A stretch of DNA of 64,000 nt, taken from positions 1 through 64,000 of the forward strand of contig JANOSY010000045.1 in the NCBI GenBank assembly GCA_031416075.1, written 5' to 3'. Origin of the DNA: Candidatus Tenderia sp. Its GTDB lineage: Bacteria > Pseudomonadota > Gammaproteobacteria > Tenderiales > Tenderiaceae. Both the position numbers and the translations under genes were made by a program. The notes below the pieces were generated by a model, which saw nothing but the letters and a program-made list of their open reading frames with translations, did no database searches and had not been told where the DNA came from. The first letter of the stretch is position 1. Each line of letters begins with the position of its first letter. Positions 62,492-64,000 of this stretch are shown here, piece after piece.

Positions 62492-63289
62492 TTACAAATC
62501 CATATTTTGCGAATGATTTAATACAGTACCTATCACATTTACACTCTTGAGCATCTCCATCGCCCGCTGCAGATCGGCCTTGCGCGTTTTACCTTCACGG
62601 GCGACCAGCAGCGCTGCATCTATATAAGGTGAAAATGCCAGCAGATCATCCCTGACCAGAAGTGGCGGCAGATCGAATATCACCAGACGCTCTGGATAGC
62701 GCGCCTTCAGCTCCTCGGCCAGCTTCTGCATCGGCGGGGAGCTGAGCAGTTCGGAAGAGCTGGAAAATGAGTTGCGGCAGGGAAGTACTACCAGGCGTTC
62801 GATCCCTGGGTTGAACAACGCCTCCTGCACAGGAACATTATCCAGCAGACAGTCATCAATACCGATTGCTGGATTAAAACCGAGGTAGTTGGCCACGCTG
62901 GGGCGCCTCATGTCGAGGTCGACAAGCAGCACTGTATGATTGACATCACGCGCCAGACTGATGGCGAGATTGATTGCGGTCAGTGTCCTGCCCTCGCCCT
63001 CCCTTGGACTGGTAATCGCCAATGACTTCCAGTTGTTTTCCCGCATACGATGCAGGATCTGGGTACGGAGCAGCTTGTATGCCGCTGTTTTTTCATCTAT
63101 GCCGCCAGCGTGGATTACTTTGTTCTTTTCCAGAACAGCACTATCAAGCTCCACAACACGGGTTTTTGAATAGAGTATGCTCATGCCCTGTTCCGACATG
63201 CTGCTATTGAATCGCTCGTCGCGCCAGCCATTGTCACTGCTATTATTAACCGCCAGATTTTTCATATAAAATCCTCTATGCCATTCCAA
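62492..63289 (-). CDS. CpsD/CapB-family BY-kinase domain with variant Walker A (GEGRT)
   Basis: AYKLLRT, ITSP..GEGRT, LLVDLDMRRP (A'), IFDLPP (B). Confidence 0.85.
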   Translation of the reverse strand: MEWHRGFYMKNLAVNNSSDNGWRDERFNSSMSEQGMSILYSKTRVVELDSAVLEKNKVIHAGGIDEKTAAYKLLRTQILHRMRENNWKSLAITSPREGEGRTLTAINLAISLARDVNHTVLLVDLDMRRPSVANYLGFNPAIGIDDCLLDNVPVQEALFNPGIERLVVLPCRNSFSSSSELLSSPPMQKLAEELKARYPERLVIFDLPPLLVRDDLLAFSPYIDAALLVAREGKTRKADLQRAMEMLKSVNVIGTVLNHSQNMDL

Positions 63290-64000
63290 TTCTGCGTTGA
63301 ATCACGTACCACAACAGATCCAACGGCATATAGAGCAGATGAATGGCGACAAGCCCGAGCACAATCATCGCAACAACCGCCAGCGCCAACTGTTGTTTGC
63401 GGCGTGTACGCTTGCCGATCTCTGCTACCGTTTCAATACAGGGAATGGCCACCAGCGGCCTCATTCCCGTTGCTACTGCCAACGCGCCGTTACCGTAGAT
63501 GGCGGTATCGACACCACCGCTGATTACCGCCGCGCCAACTCCACCGGCAAATGCAAACACCATCCCCAGCACCATGATCGCCAACCGGTTGGGTTTGAGT
63601 GGTTTTTCCGGCATCTCAGGCGGCTCTACCAGCGTGAAGCGTTCGCCCTTCCTCTCACTCTCCATCACCTGTGCCAGCTGGGCCCCAGTCTGTTTTGCCT
63701 TCAGCTCTTTGTAACTTGCCGACGAATTTTCATAATCACGCAGCAGTTCGCGATATTCGCGCTCGACCTGGGGCATCTGTGTCATGTGCCGTTCGTACTC
63801 GGCGAGTTTGATACGTAGCGCTGCCTCTCTCCTCTCCGCCACTTCAAGCTCCACATTCGCACTTTCCAGTTGCGTCTGGAGCTGGATATAGGCTGGATTA
63901 CTCGACTTGCCCTTGTTCGCATCATCTGGCACCACCACACCGGCCGCCTCTTTCAGCGCCTTGTTGAGCTGGACCAGTTCACTCTCCAGACGTCTTGTTT
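63276..64000 (-). CDS. Polysaccharide co-polymerase / chain-length determinant (GumC/Wzc-N-like), 3' part
   Basis: Coiled coil, GERFTLVEPP..PEKP.KPNR proline motif followed by TM helices; runs off window end. Confidence 0.85.
   Translation of the reverse strand, partial: TRRLESELVQLNKALKEAAGVVVPDDANKGKSSNPAYIQLQTQLESANVELEVAERREAALRIKLAEYERHMTQMPQVEREYRELLRDYENSSASYKELKAKQTGAQLAQVMESERKGERFTLVEPPEMPEKPLKPNRLAIMVLGMVFAFAGGVGAAVISGGVDTAIYGNGALAVATGMRPLVAIPCIETVAEIGKRTRRKQQLALAVVAMIVLGLVAIHLLYMPLDLLWYVIQRRIGMA

Overview
Gammaproteobacterial chromosomal window in which housekeeping blocks alternate with accessory blocks. In order: the 5' end of an HlyB-type T1SS ABC gene; tRNA-Thr(CGT); a Fur/Irr-like regulator; thiO; a type IV minor pilin operon pilVWX-pilY1-pilE with no fimT/fimU; and pcnB-folK-dNK-panB-panC. 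An accessory stretch follows (13.3-19.2 kb): an NtrC/sigma54-type porin, a SprA-related pair, a MITE/REP-IHF element, a YcaQ glycosylase, and a kexin-like S8 lipoprotease with a candidate external chaperone. Next are lptGF-pepA-holC-valS (valS has an in-frame N-terminal extension), an uncharacterised six-gene glycosyltransferase/phosphotransferase/ABC/AlgE-like porin operon, parE, a DAACS symporter, xseB-ispA, a nasT-like ANTAR regulator and moaB-moeA-mobA. An abrupt junction near 44318 truncates gmd and removes the mobA stop. Beyond it lies a ~20 kb exosortase (XrtD-like)-associated Wzy-type EPS locus with two paralogous hyaluronidase (GH56)-like proteins and a BY-kinase whose Walker A Lys is Arg. 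All calls come from motif recognition by eye; no database search was run.
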